Origin: Caldilineaceae bacterium
GTDB lineage: Bacteria; Chloroflexota; Anaerolineae; Caldilineales; Caldilineaceae
Direction of reading: 5' to 3'
Assembly (NCBI GenBank): GCA_965204525.1
Contig: OZ241994.1
Span: forward strand, 2,791,732-2,855,731
DNA length: 64,000 bases
Below the pieces are notes generated by a model. That model was not told the origin of the DNA. It searched no databases and saw nothing but the letters and a program-made list of their open reading frames with translations. Each line of letters begins with the position of its first letter. The stretch's first letter is position 1. This document shows positions 55,871 through 64,000 of the stretch, in pieces. A program made the position numbers and the translations under genes.

Positions 55871-57154
55871 ATGTCGATAGGCGATGGCACCAGTTCAACG
55901 GTGGCTAACCGGCTGGCGCTGGAAGCTCTGCGGAGCGGTGTTCCCAATCGGGCCGCTGTGCGGCTATTGGGTTGCAATCAGCCGCACGTAGAAGAGCGCT
56001 TCACAGCCATGCTGGACGGCGCCACGGAAGGCGATAGTCCGGCCCGCAATGGCCAGGGGATGCTGATCTCGGGCGACTTCGGATCGGGCAAGTCACACCT
56101 GCTGGCGCACCTGGAGCACCTTGCGCTTGAACAGGGATTTGTCTGCAGCAAGGTGGCGATCAGCAAAGAGACACCCCTCTATGATCTCGGAAAGGTGTTT
56201 ATCTCGGCCATGGAAAGCGGGCGTTTACCCGACCGCAGCGGCCGGCTGATTGAAGAGTTAGGTCTATCTCTGAAGCCCGACTCAAGAGAATTCGCATCGT
56301 TCTTCAGATGGGCGGACCAGGCCGCGACACAGGGCGAAATCAGTCCTATTTTTCCGGCCAGCCTGCTTATCTATGAGAGATCAGGGGATCTCGAACTCAA
56401 CGGCGAAATCGAGACATTCTGGGCAGGGGACAGGATTCTCAAGGGCAGAATAACAGCTGGGCTGCGCCAGATCGATCAGCTGCAAAACTACAAGTTCAAC
56501 ATGCCTAAGGTAGCTGAGCTGCCGCCACAGCGTCTGCGATTCGCCTTAGAGTTGATCAAGGGCGCTCGGTACAGGGGGTGGGTCGTATTGCTGGATGAGA
56601 TCGAGCTGGTCGGTTCCTACTCGCTTCTTCAGAGGGGACGGTCATATGCCGAGGTGGCCCGTTGGATGGGGGAGGCGGCCGGGGAGACCTATCCGGGCCT
56701 GGTCATGGTCGGCTCGGTGACCGAGGATTTCGCTTCGGCAATCATCAGTCCTGACGGATCGAGGAAGGATCACGACTACATCAGGCCGAAGATGGAGGCT
56801 AATCAGAGATACAACGGTATCGCCGGCCGCGCCGAGACCGGTATGCATATGTTGGAACGGCAGTGCGTGCCTCTCAGAGCACCGGAAAGCGACGACGTGA
56901 CCGCTACCGTAGAGAAGCTTCGAAGCTTGTATAGCGACGCGTACGGTTGGGAGGCGCCCCCGATCGACGCGAAAGCAGGCGGAGCCGGAATATACGGACG
57001 GATGCGGTACCAGGTCCGGCGCGCCATCAACGAGTGGGACCTGTTGCGGCTCAGGCCGGACTCCAGACCTGAGACAGAGGTCCAGGAGTTTACGACTTCG
57101 TATGAGGAGAACAGAGACCTGGAGTCGCCGGCCCAGGAAGGCGATGCTGAATAG
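55871..57154 (+). CDS. Cassette gene C: BrxD/DUF2791-like P-loop ATPase (427 aa)
   Basis: AAGGAGG RBS. N-terminal LEALRSGVPN, Walker A GDFGSGKSHLL, Walker B VVLLDEIE. This layout is as recalled for DUF2791 (BREX BrxD-type) proteins. Confidence 0.75.
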   Translation: MSIGDGTSSTVANRLALEALRSGVPNRAAVRLLGCNQPHVEERFTAMLDGATEGDSPARNGQGMLISGDFGSGKSHLLAHLEHLALEQGFVCSKVAISKETPLYDLGKVFISAMESGRLPDRSGRLIEELGLSLKPDSREFASFFRWADQAATQGEISPIFPASLLIYERSGDLELNGEIETFWAGDRILKGRITAGLRQIDQLQNYKFNMPKVAELPPQRLRFALELIKGARYRGWVVLLDEIELVGSYSLLQRGRSYAEVARWMGEAAGETYPGLVMVGSVTEDFASAIISPDGSRKDHDYIRPKMEANQRYNGIAGRAETGMHMLERQCVPLRAPESDDVTATVEKLRSLYSDAYGWEAPPIDAKAGGAGIYGRMRYQVRRAINEWDLLRLRPDSRPETEVQEFTTSYEENRDLESPAQEGDAE

Positions 57155-57162
57155 GGCCGGCG

Positions 57163-59214
57163 ATGCCTATCTCCTTCGACGATCTGGCCGAACCCGACGG
57201 CGGCGACACGGTAGCCTGGCTGCGATTTGTTGCCGAAGAAGAAGGTCACGGAGTTCGGGCCGCTCTGTTTGAAACCTCCAGCCTGGGCGAACCGTTGCGT
57301 TTTTCCTTTGCTCGCGCTGACAGTAGCCCCCAGCCATCATTCCATACAGACAGCGTGAAGCGGCGTGAGGCCGCGGTGCTTTCGCTCACCCGATCGCTTT
57401 TGAGGTCGGCAGCGGGCTCGCCGACACTGCTTCTCGGCCTGGCAGACGAGATTCCCCTTTGGGTTGTTACCGAGGCCCTACGGGTGAGGCTGCCCTTCTG
57501 TCTCATCGATCTAAGAAGTAAGGGCGCCCCACAGTTCTTGTGGGCGACAGACCAACCCCAGGAAGGCACGCAAGCCCACAGTGCTCTTGACAGGATCATG
57601 CTGAGAGACGACCCCTTCGAGGCGTTCGCGCGTGCCGCGAATTGCCTGAGCAAGGCGTTCGAGTACAGACGCATTCGCGGCTTTACCACTTTCGCCGGGT
57701 TAAGTGCCGTTGTGAACCTTTGCCGACCTGAGGTCGAGAACGGAAGCGACTCCGGTCCAGCGGAGAACCTCTGGGAGTTGTTGGAAGTACAGCCCATTAG
57801 TAAACGGCACGATAAGAGGCCTCATCCCTCATCCTGGGTCTCACAGATGGAATGGCCAGGGGAGCTGATGCCGTTTCAGATCAGCGGCGTGCAGGCGTTG
57901 CTGGAGATGAACCGGCTGCTCCTGGCAGACGACATGGGGCTTGGCAAGACTGTACAGACAGTTGCGGCGGTGCGGATTCTGCGGGCGCGCGGAGAGATAG
58001 AATCGTGTCTTGTCATCGCGCCGGCCAGTGTTTTGAACCAGTGGCGCGGTGAGCTTTCAAGGTGGGCTCCTGAGCTCAGCGCAATCATTGTTCGCGGGTC
58101 GGCGCCCGACCGCAAGTGGCAGTGGCTGGCCCAGACGGACGTCAAGCTGGTCAGCTATGGCGTACTGCGCCAAGACGCTGACAGTCTCGTTGCAACGCAC
58201 CCTTCCCGGCGTATGTGGGATGTCGTCGTGGCTGACGAAGCACAGCGGATCAAGAATCATAACGACACGAGCGACGCGGTCAAGAGGTTGCGGAGGGTAC
58301 GTTCATGGGCTTTGACCGGCACGCCTATCGAGAACAGGGAAGAGGAGCTGGCTTCGATCATGGAGTTTGTCGATCATGACGGGACGAGCCCGCTCAAGCG
58401 CTATTTTCCGGGTCTGGAATTAATGACCCGCCACAAGGAAGTCCAACTGCGGCGCAAAAAGAATGAAGTACTGAATGACCTGCCGCCGAAACTGGAGACC
58501 AAACTTGCTATTGAGTTGGGCCCCAGACAGAGGGCGAGCTATACGAAGGCAGAAGAGGAAGGTGTTTTCTATCTAAAGTCCCTGGGCGCTGAAGTCAGGG
58601 TACAGCATGTGCTCGAACTGATCACGCGGTTGAAGCAGATCTGCAATTTCGACCCCGTGACCGGCGAATCCAGCAAGCTCGACGACATTAGAGAACGACT
58701 GGTGCAGTTAACCGGGCAAGGACATAAGGCGCTTGTCTTCTCCCAGTACGCGAGTGAGACGTTCGGGGTGAAGGCAGCGGCTGCGTTCCTGCGAGCGTTC
58801 AGCCCAGTCATGTTGACGGGCGATATGCCGTTGGATGAGCGGTCGGTTGCGATCGAGCGGTTCAGGCACCGTGACGAGCACAAGGCGATGGTCATCTCTC
58901 TGCGGGCGGGGGGGCTAGGTCTGAATCTGCAGGAGGCGTCGTACGTGTTCCATCTTGATCGCTGGTGGAACCCGGCCGTTGAGAGGCAGGCGGAAGATCG
59001 CGCCCACCGGATGGGGCAAACCGTTAAGGTCAACGTGATCAAGTACTCGTGCGCGGGCACTATCGAGGAGCGCATTGACCGGATTCTGGAGCGTAAACAG
59101 AGGTTGTTTGATCAGCTGATTGATGACGTGTCACTCAACCTTTCGGCGAGGTTGAGCGGAGAGGAGCTTTTCTCGTTGTTTGGGCTTGATGCGCCTAGTG
59201 TCGATGGCGCTTAA
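57163..59214 (+). CDS. Cassette gene D: SNF2-family helicase with an unassigned ~230-aa N-terminal domain (683 aa)
   Basis: Motif I DDMGLGKTVQ, motif II DEAQRIKN, motif III LTGTPIEN, Helicase_C LVFSQY...GGLGLNLQEASYVFHLDRWWNPAVERQAEDRAHRMGQ. Confidence 0.85.
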   Translation: MPISFDDLAEPDGGDTVAWLRFVAEEEGHGVRAALFETSSLGEPLRFSFARADSSPQPSFHTDSVKRREAAVLSLTRSLLRSAAGSPTLLLGLADEIPLWVVTEALRVRLPFCLIDLRSKGAPQFLWATDQPQEGTQAHSALDRIMLRDDPFEAFARAANCLSKAFEYRRIRGFTTFAGLSAVVNLCRPEVENGSDSGPAENLWELLEVQPISKRHDKRPHPSSWVSQMEWPGELMPFQISGVQALLEMNRLLLADDMGLGKTVQTVAAVRILRARGEIESCLVIAPASVLNQWRGELSRWAPELSAIIVRGSAPDRKWQWLAQTDVKLVSYGVLRQDADSLVATHPSRRMWDVVVADEAQRIKNHNDTSDAVKRLRRVRSWALTGTPIENREEELASIMEFVDHDGTSPLKRYFPGLELMTRHKEVQLRRKKNEVLNDLPPKLETKLAIELGPRQRASYTKAEEEGVFYLKSLGAEVRVQHVLELITRLKQICNFDPVTGESSKLDDIRERLVQLTGQGHKALVFSQYASETFGVKAAAAFLRAFSPVMLTGDMPLDERSVAIERFRHRDEHKAMVISLRAGGLGLNLQEASYVFHLDRWWNPAVERQAEDRAHRMGQTVKVNVIKYSCAGTIEERIDRILERKQRLFDQLIDDVSLNLSARLSGEELFSLFGLDAPSVDGA

Positions 59215-59344
59215 CTCTGTTCCCGTCGCTATCGTAAGAAGCTGCGAGACTTTGACCTTTTCCGCTTATGGCTGGCCCCAATGTCTAGACCGTGAAGTGG
59301 AAACAATTAAGTGCAGCTAGACGAATATGTGGCAAGCAGGCTGG

Positions 59345-60085
59345 CTAATTGACTCTTGCCAGGTAATTCCCCAGTTTTCTCAAGGAAGCATTGCGTCCAA
59401 GTGTTTGCTGATTCATGACGAGATGATCAGCGATTTCCGGCGCCATAGCCTCGCGATACCGTTCCCTCTTGATATTCTTTTGCCGCATGTTAGGATTCAG
59501 ACCGAGCAGAATCTGTTCCGAAAAGTCGGTCAAGTATTCTTTAGAGCCTCTGCCGCCCGCTACCGCTTCGACGATGTTTTCGGTGTCACCCGGCTGTTTA
59601 TTCCTGATCAGACGTGACAGAGAAGAGTGAGAAGAGAGCTTTTGGCGGCAGTTTTCTCTGTAGCGGCTACGTTTGCCGGCGAAGCAACAGGATATTCCGA
59701 GACAGTCGATCAGAAGCCAAGATTCGAGTTCATGCACGGCCGGGGCGAAATACACTTTTCCATCAAGACTGCTATCATTGACGATCCGCATGATCTGATT
59801 GAACAACGAATTCGGCTGTCGGCGCCGTTCGTTCTTTGACATCGGGCCATCGCTGTCGATAACGAATATCACGCAGTCGTCTTTTTTGAGGTAGTTTTGT
59901 ACCGCCTTTCTGAGCATTTCATGCGGAGGAGGGCCTCTCTTTTTCGGTTTAGGGAGCGCCCCCTTACCGGATACTTGGATCGAAAGCTCGTCAAGTTGAA
60001 GATGAATCGCCAGCTTCTCTGCCAGGCTTCTGACCGCCTTGGCATCATTGTCAGATTCCAAGGTCCAGATTCTCACGCTTGCCAT
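59345..60085 (-). CDS. Toprim-like protein of the DUF4276 type (246 aa)
   Basis: IWTLESDNDAKAV (Toprim Glu), VIFVIDSDGP (DxD), AVHELESWLL. Start overlaps the ATPase gene end by 13 nt. Confidence 0.55.
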   Translation of the reverse strand: MASVRIWTLESDNDAKAVRSLAEKLAIHLQLDELSIQVSGKGALPKPKKRGPPPHEMLRKAVQNYLKKDDCVIFVIDSDGPMSKNERRRQPNSLFNQIMRIVNDSSLDGKVYFAPAVHELESWLLIDCLGISCCFAGKRSRYRENCRQKLSSHSSLSRLIRNKQPGDTENIVEAVAGGRGSKEYLTDFSEQILLGLNPNMRQKNIKRERYREAMAPEIADHLVMNQQTLGRNASLRKLGNYLARVN

Positions 60086-61263
60086 GCCGGCTCCGCCACT
60101 TGATCTTGAAGAAGCCCGCTATCGAAGATTCCGCTACCAATACCGAAATCAGCAATCCAACCATCCAGAGCCTGCCGGTCGCGACGCACATCTTCAAGGT
60201 TTATGACTTCAGTACCTTGTCCTGGACGATTGCGCAAGAGCAATATGCAGAGCGAATCGGACGGGTTCTCGGGACTGAATGCGTCCAACAGTTGGGAACT
60301 GTGGGTAGTGATGATTACTTGAGACTGTTCGGCGATTAACTCAAGCACTTCAGCAATGTCGTGCAGGGCGCCTGGATGCAAGTTTCTTTCCGGTTCTTCG
60401 ATGGCGATCAGCGGCGGCAGTTCCGGTTGGTTCAACAAAGTATAGTAGGCGACGAGACGCAGCGTACCGTCGGATGCGCCTTGCAATGGAATTGGGTTCT
60501 TGTACCCTTCTGAAAGACATAATTGGGGTTCTCCGTCTATTATGCCGTGGTCGATACTGATGTTGGTACTTTTCTTAAGAGATCGACTGATCGTCTCAAA
60601 ACGCTCTTTGTCAGTTTCAAACCAGTACGAGAGCAGTTCCGTCAGGGTTGAACCATCATCGTCAAGCTGAGGCGAATCGCGCGTCTCCATGGGTTCACCA
60701 AGGATGAGCTGATCTATGCTCGTGACTCTTCCTCGCATGACTCTTGGCTGAAAGTCATAGAACTCCCAATCTCTGACAAACTCTGTCAGGAGACTTGTAA
60801 TGGGTTTCTCCCCATAATCGCCAGCGGACTTCAGGGCGAGCTTTTTGGACTTATAGGTGGTTTTGTTCCGGCCGTCTTCGTCCTTTACATAACCCTGCCC
60901 GTCCTGAACAGATATAACGTCAATGTTCTTAACTAAGAGTCTTTCGTAGGCAAGGCGATTCTCCGAATCTGCGCTGAGATCAAGCGCATATTCGGCAGGA
61001 ATCTCCTTCACTTCGGCCTGCAATTGAAAAGTGATGTATTTAGCTTCACCGGCCCACAGCAGCCGTTGGATCAGGTCCACCGGAGGAAGCGCCTCGGCCC
61101 GGATCATCCTGTTGAGCAGCCTCAAGGCGCTTAAGACATTGGACTTTCCACTTGCATTGGGCCCTACCAGGACCGTCAGAGGCTTAAGCGGCAGCACAAC
61201 ATCGCGCAAGCTGAGAAAGTTCCTTATGTGAACTTCCTTCAGGAATAGGTTTGTATCAAACAT
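60073..61263 (-). CDS. ABC-type (AAA_15/AAA_21, OLD/Gabija/PARIS-like) ATPase (396 aa)
   Basis: Walker A GPNASGKSN, signature-like ASDGTLR, Walker B LIAIEEPERNLHP, H-loop ITTHS. Confidence 0.8.
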   Translation of the reverse strand: MFDTNLFLKEVHIRNFLSLRDVVLPLKPLTVLVGPNASGKSNVLSALRLLNRMIRAEALPPVDLIQRLLWAGEAKYITFQLQAEVKEIPAEYALDLSADSENRLAYERLLVKNIDVISVQDGQGYVKDEDGRNKTTYKSKKLALKSAGDYGEKPITSLLTEFVRDWEFYDFQPRVMRGRVTSIDQLILGEPMETRDSPQLDDDGSTLTELLSYWFETDKERFETISRSLKKSTNISIDHGIIDGEPQLCLSEGYKNPIPLQGASDGTLRLVAYYTLLNQPELPPLIAIEEPERNLHPGALHDIAEVLELIAEQSQVIITTHSSQLLDAFSPENPSDSLCILLLRNRPGQGTEVINLEDVRRDRQALDGWIADFGIGSGIFDSGLLQDQVAEPAWQA

Positions 61264-61776
61264 TCTTGTTCACCTGGGTGTTCTCAAGTAATGGCTTTCA
61301 AGTTGAACAAGCCACTATAAAGACTCGATGGCAGCGGTATTTTCGCTTTCATCACCCGATTCAGTCTCCCTCCACCTTATGAAAGGCGCAATCCACAAAC
61401 TGGGATTGTACGATTGTAGAATTTTCAGATTGTGGTGTGCTGGTGGTGATATGGTGATGATACAGAAGTCCGGCGCGCTCGTCAAAGCCCACAAAGGGGA
61501 GCAATCCCCTTACCTTTGCTCACTGCAAGTCGTTCCCCTGCGGCGGATCGCACACACCGTGTACACATGTCACCGCCTCTGGGCCTTGCGTTTCATCCTT
61601 TGCCGCCATGCGCCTTCCCTGCCAACCCCATACCCTCGCTCTATCGACCCGAAACGCAAGCCGGCTCTGACGCGAAACTTTCCAAGGGAGCGTGCGTATT
61701 GGAGTATAACCCCAGACGTTTCAGATGAAGGCTACAAGCGAGTCGTTCTTGTTTCGGTGGTCGAGGAGGCGAAGCC

Positions 61777-63219
61777 ATGAAAACGATCGATTGTTCAGAG
61801 AAGACGTTCTTGATGCAGTCACTTGCCACTGCACACAAAGTGACAACCAGAACTTCAGAGCAACGGCCTTCGCCGCGAAAGTTTGGGATTGTGTCGATCC
61901 TTCTATTGTTCACTTCTGCGCTCTTGCTTGTCGGCTGCGACGCCCAGGGGGATCAGGATGACGGGTCTGGGGTGGTTGGCGAGCCCGTGACAATCAGATA
62001 TGTGGCGCCGGGCGCACCCCAATGGTCTGAACCTGACAGGGTGGTGATTGAGCAGTTCCATGAGCAGGCGCCGGGGATAGTAGTTGACCGTCAATCGCAG
62101 GAGCACGGCTTAAGCCATTATTTGTCGGAATCCCCGCCTCCCGAGGCAGTTCTGTGGATAGAGGGCCATGAATTGTACAACGTTGCCCAACAGAATCTGT
62201 TGTTCGATGTCTCCGATATTTGGGCGGAGAACGACCTTGCTGAAGCATATGGAAGACAGTTCAGGGAAGTCGGTCGTGTCGATGGTACTTCGCGATTCAT
62301 TCCTATCGGATTTTCTTGGGCAGGCATCTACTACAACGAAGAAATTTTTGAGCGCTATGGCTTGGTTCCGCCCACGACCTGGGAGGAATTTGGATACATT
62401 TGCGACACGCTATTGGCGAACGGAGAGACGCCTCTCTCCGTGTCCGGGCAGGACCACCAAGTCAACTATTTGTGGTTCAGTTACCTCAATATACGCTTGA
62501 ACGGACCTTCGTTTCACAGGCGCTTGATACAAGGGGAGGAGAGCTACAAAGATGAACGGTTAGCCACCGTCTGGGAAACCTGGCTCTCTCTCTTTCGACG
62601 GGGTTACTTTATTGAATCGCCGAGCCTTACTTCTGCGACAGGGAGTATGAACGCGCTGATCCGCGGGGATGCAAGTGAACCGCTCACGGAAAAGAAGGCT
62701 GTGATGGCGCTTGCTCACCATTTCATCGCGGGCGAGTTGCCTCCTGAATTTGCCTCTGAACTCGATTTCTTCCAGTTTCCACAGATGAACCCTAATTCAC
62801 CGACAGGAGAGGTCACTTCAGTTTTCGGCTACGTAATCCCGGCGGGGACGGCGTATCATACCGAAGCAAGCGCGTTTGTCGGTTACATGGCGTCAGCCGA
62901 AGCTCAGGCGATGAGAATGGCCCGAATCGTCGAGGACCCCACAAACCCGGGATGGGTTCCATTGCATCGCGACGTAGATCGGACATTGTTGCCAGAGGCT
63001 GCGCGTAAGGGGGAGGGAATTGTGCGCGGGGCCGACGAAGTGCTGCCGCCTCTCTCTTTTGCTCTGCCCGTAAGTATGCAGGCGGGTTTCGGATCGGTCT
63101 TTGACTGGATGTTCGCAAAACTGGAGACCCCCGAAACCGAAATTGACGTTACCGAAATCCAGTCCTCCTTAGAAGAGGCCAGACAGCAAGCGCTTCAGAG
63201 CGGGGAGTATCGGCAGTAG
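61777..63219 (+). CDS. Carbohydrate-type ABC substrate-binding lipoprotein (SBP family 1)
   Basis: GAGGAGG RBS. Lipobox LLLVGC. Family-1 features (PPTTWEEF). No permease or ATPase genes are adjacent. Confidence 0.7.
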   Translation: MKTIDCSEKTFLMQSLATAHKVTTRTSEQRPSPRKFGIVSILLLFTSALLLVGCDAQGDQDDGSGVVGEPVTIRYVAPGAPQWSEPDRVVIEQFHEQAPGIVVDRQSQEHGLSHYLSESPPPEAVLWIEGHELYNVAQQNLLFDVSDIWAENDLAEAYGRQFREVGRVDGTSRFIPIGFSWAGIYYNEEIFERYGLVPPTTWEEFGYICDTLLANGETPLSVSGQDHQVNYLWFSYLNIRLNGPSFHRRLIQGEESYKDERLATVWETWLSLFRRGYFIESPSLTSATGSMNALIRGDASEPLTEKKAVMALAHHFIAGELPPEFASELDFFQFPQMNPNSPTGEVTSVFGYVIPAGTAYHTEASAFVGYMASAEAQAMRMARIVEDPTNPGWVPLHRDVDRTLLPEAARKGEGIVRGADEVLPPLSFALPVSMQAGFGSVFDWMFAKLETPETEIDVTEIQSSLEEARQQALQSGEYRQ

Positions 63220-63701
63220 CACAGTGACCCCTTATCTCGCCGCCATCGCGATCTGGCAGTGAATCCGCGACAACCCTTGATCCGCCGAACCAACATCCAC
63301 CACTTGACTGACACTCCCACCAAGCATTAAAGGGCCGCCACATCCCGTGACGGCCCCGTGGAAACCATACCAGTCCTGCTCCTCAACCAGCCCCCACCTA
63401 TCTCTCCTCAAACCCCGCCGTATCCCTCTCCTTCAAGTTCACACCTTGCAGTTGACATCTAATGTGCGTTCAAATTGAAAACCCGCTTTCTTGTGAATTC
63501 CGAATTGCGTAGAGGTAGGCAAGACAGGCTCGATACTCATAGCGTAACCCGCGCGAGAAGTCCTGGTATCAAACGGGATTTACATTAATCGTCAGGGGCT
63601 TACCGACCGGAACGACGCTTGGCAATCTCTTGGGCCGTAAGTTCGTAGTGGCCGCGTGTGGGTTTCCAGACCCTGTTTTCATCAATCAATGCCTGCAGAA
63701 A

Positions 63702-64000
63702 TGACCTGCCCCCGACGTTTGTACCACCGGTTATGTTAGTCCGACAAGCACGGGGACAGGTTCGGCAGGCAAGAGGGGGCCTCAGATACCGGCGGCCGGT
63801 AGCCCAGAGAGCTGTGCGGTCTGACCCGGTTGTAAGTCCGCCTGTACCGCTCCGTCAGCACACGCACTTCCAGCAACGTATAGATGACCTCCCTGTCCAG
63901 CAGTTTGGGCCTTCTGCAATGCGACGGCAACACACCTACAGCGACGCCATCGCCCCACCAGCCACTGACCACTGCCGTTACGGCAGCTCGACAAAGTGGA
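63702..64000 (-). mobile_element. IS3-family element, right end (IRR + 3' end of the orfB integrase-core gene), continuing beyond the window
   Basis: The terminus begins TGACCTGCCCCCGACG. The translated tail ...VIYTLLEVRVLTERYRRTYNRVRPHSSLGYRPP is the conserved C-terminus of IS3 rve-type transposases. Upstream frames look disrupted. Confidence 0.7.

Noticed and set aside
9770-59214. Possibility that the large methyltransferase (as PglX) and the BrxD-like/SNF2 cassette together form a BREX system.
   Set aside because: The loci are more than 40 kb apart and separated by backbone operons. No PglZ, BrxC/PglY, BrxA/B or BrxL is visible anywhere in the window.
50579-59310. Interpretation of the ~40-bp TGGCCCCAAT… motif copies as integron attC sites.
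   Set aside because: There is no intI gene and no R''/L''-L'/R' palindromic organisation. Two copies are continuous with a degenerate IS3 orfA, so an IS-derived origin is more parsimonious.
61328-61780. A 150-aa + strand ORF between the ATPase gene and the sugar SBP gene.
   Set aside because: Irregular composition, no RBS or motifs, and it occupies what is more simply the divergent promoter region of the two flanking genes.
1-64000. Search for tRNA, rRNA, tmRNA, retron reverse transcriptase and CRISPR-cas.
   Set aside because: No T-loop-like GGTTCGAAT motifs in ORF-free gaps, no rRNA-like stretches, no reverse-transcriptase motifs and no repeat-spacer arrays were seen by eye. A covariance-model scan (tRNAscan-SE/Infernal) would be needed to exclude small RNAs.

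Overview
64-kb window from a high-GC bacterial chromosome. The taxon cannot be fixed from sequence alone; Pro/Thr-rich linkers, lipobox lipoproteins and many HicAB/DUF2283 modules are only weakly suggestive of Chloroflexota- or Actinomycetota-like genomes. Backbone content: CoA-transferase, glycerol-dehydrogenase-like enzyme and CbiX+CysH. A metal (Mn/Zn/Fe-type) ABC operon has an SBP, an ATPase, two permeases each carrying a C-terminal winged-helix domain, and an MFS gene. There is also a siderophore ABC operon with a SIP-type reductase, a peptide ABC operon (SBP + 2 permeases, no ATPases), three secreted PT-repeat/FN3/cadherin-like proteins, a complete histidine-kinase/OmpR-type regulator fusion and two LivK-like SBPs. 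Two visibly AT-richer accessory islands interrupt this backbone. Island 1 (about 5.7-11.4 kb) holds DUF2283 genes, an ATGA-coupled gene pair, DUF4238, a RusA-like protein and a ~965-aa gamma-class N6-adenine methyltransferase with mosaic composition. Island 2 (about 46.1-63.7 kb) is peppered with IS3-family relics and ends at an IS3 copy. It holds hicAB modules, TPR lipoproteins, a phosphorothioate-DNA-dependent-type HNH nuclease and an ABC-ATPase + Toprim-like (DUF4276-type) pair. The best candidate for an undescribed defence system is in island 2 at 54112-59214. It is a tightly coupled four-gene cassette with its own consensus promoter: a coiled-coil protein, a degenerate P-loop paralogue, a BrxD/DUF2791-like ATPase and an SNF2 helicase. 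No rRNA, tRNA or CRISPR array was recognised. All family calls come from motif recognition by eye, not database searches.
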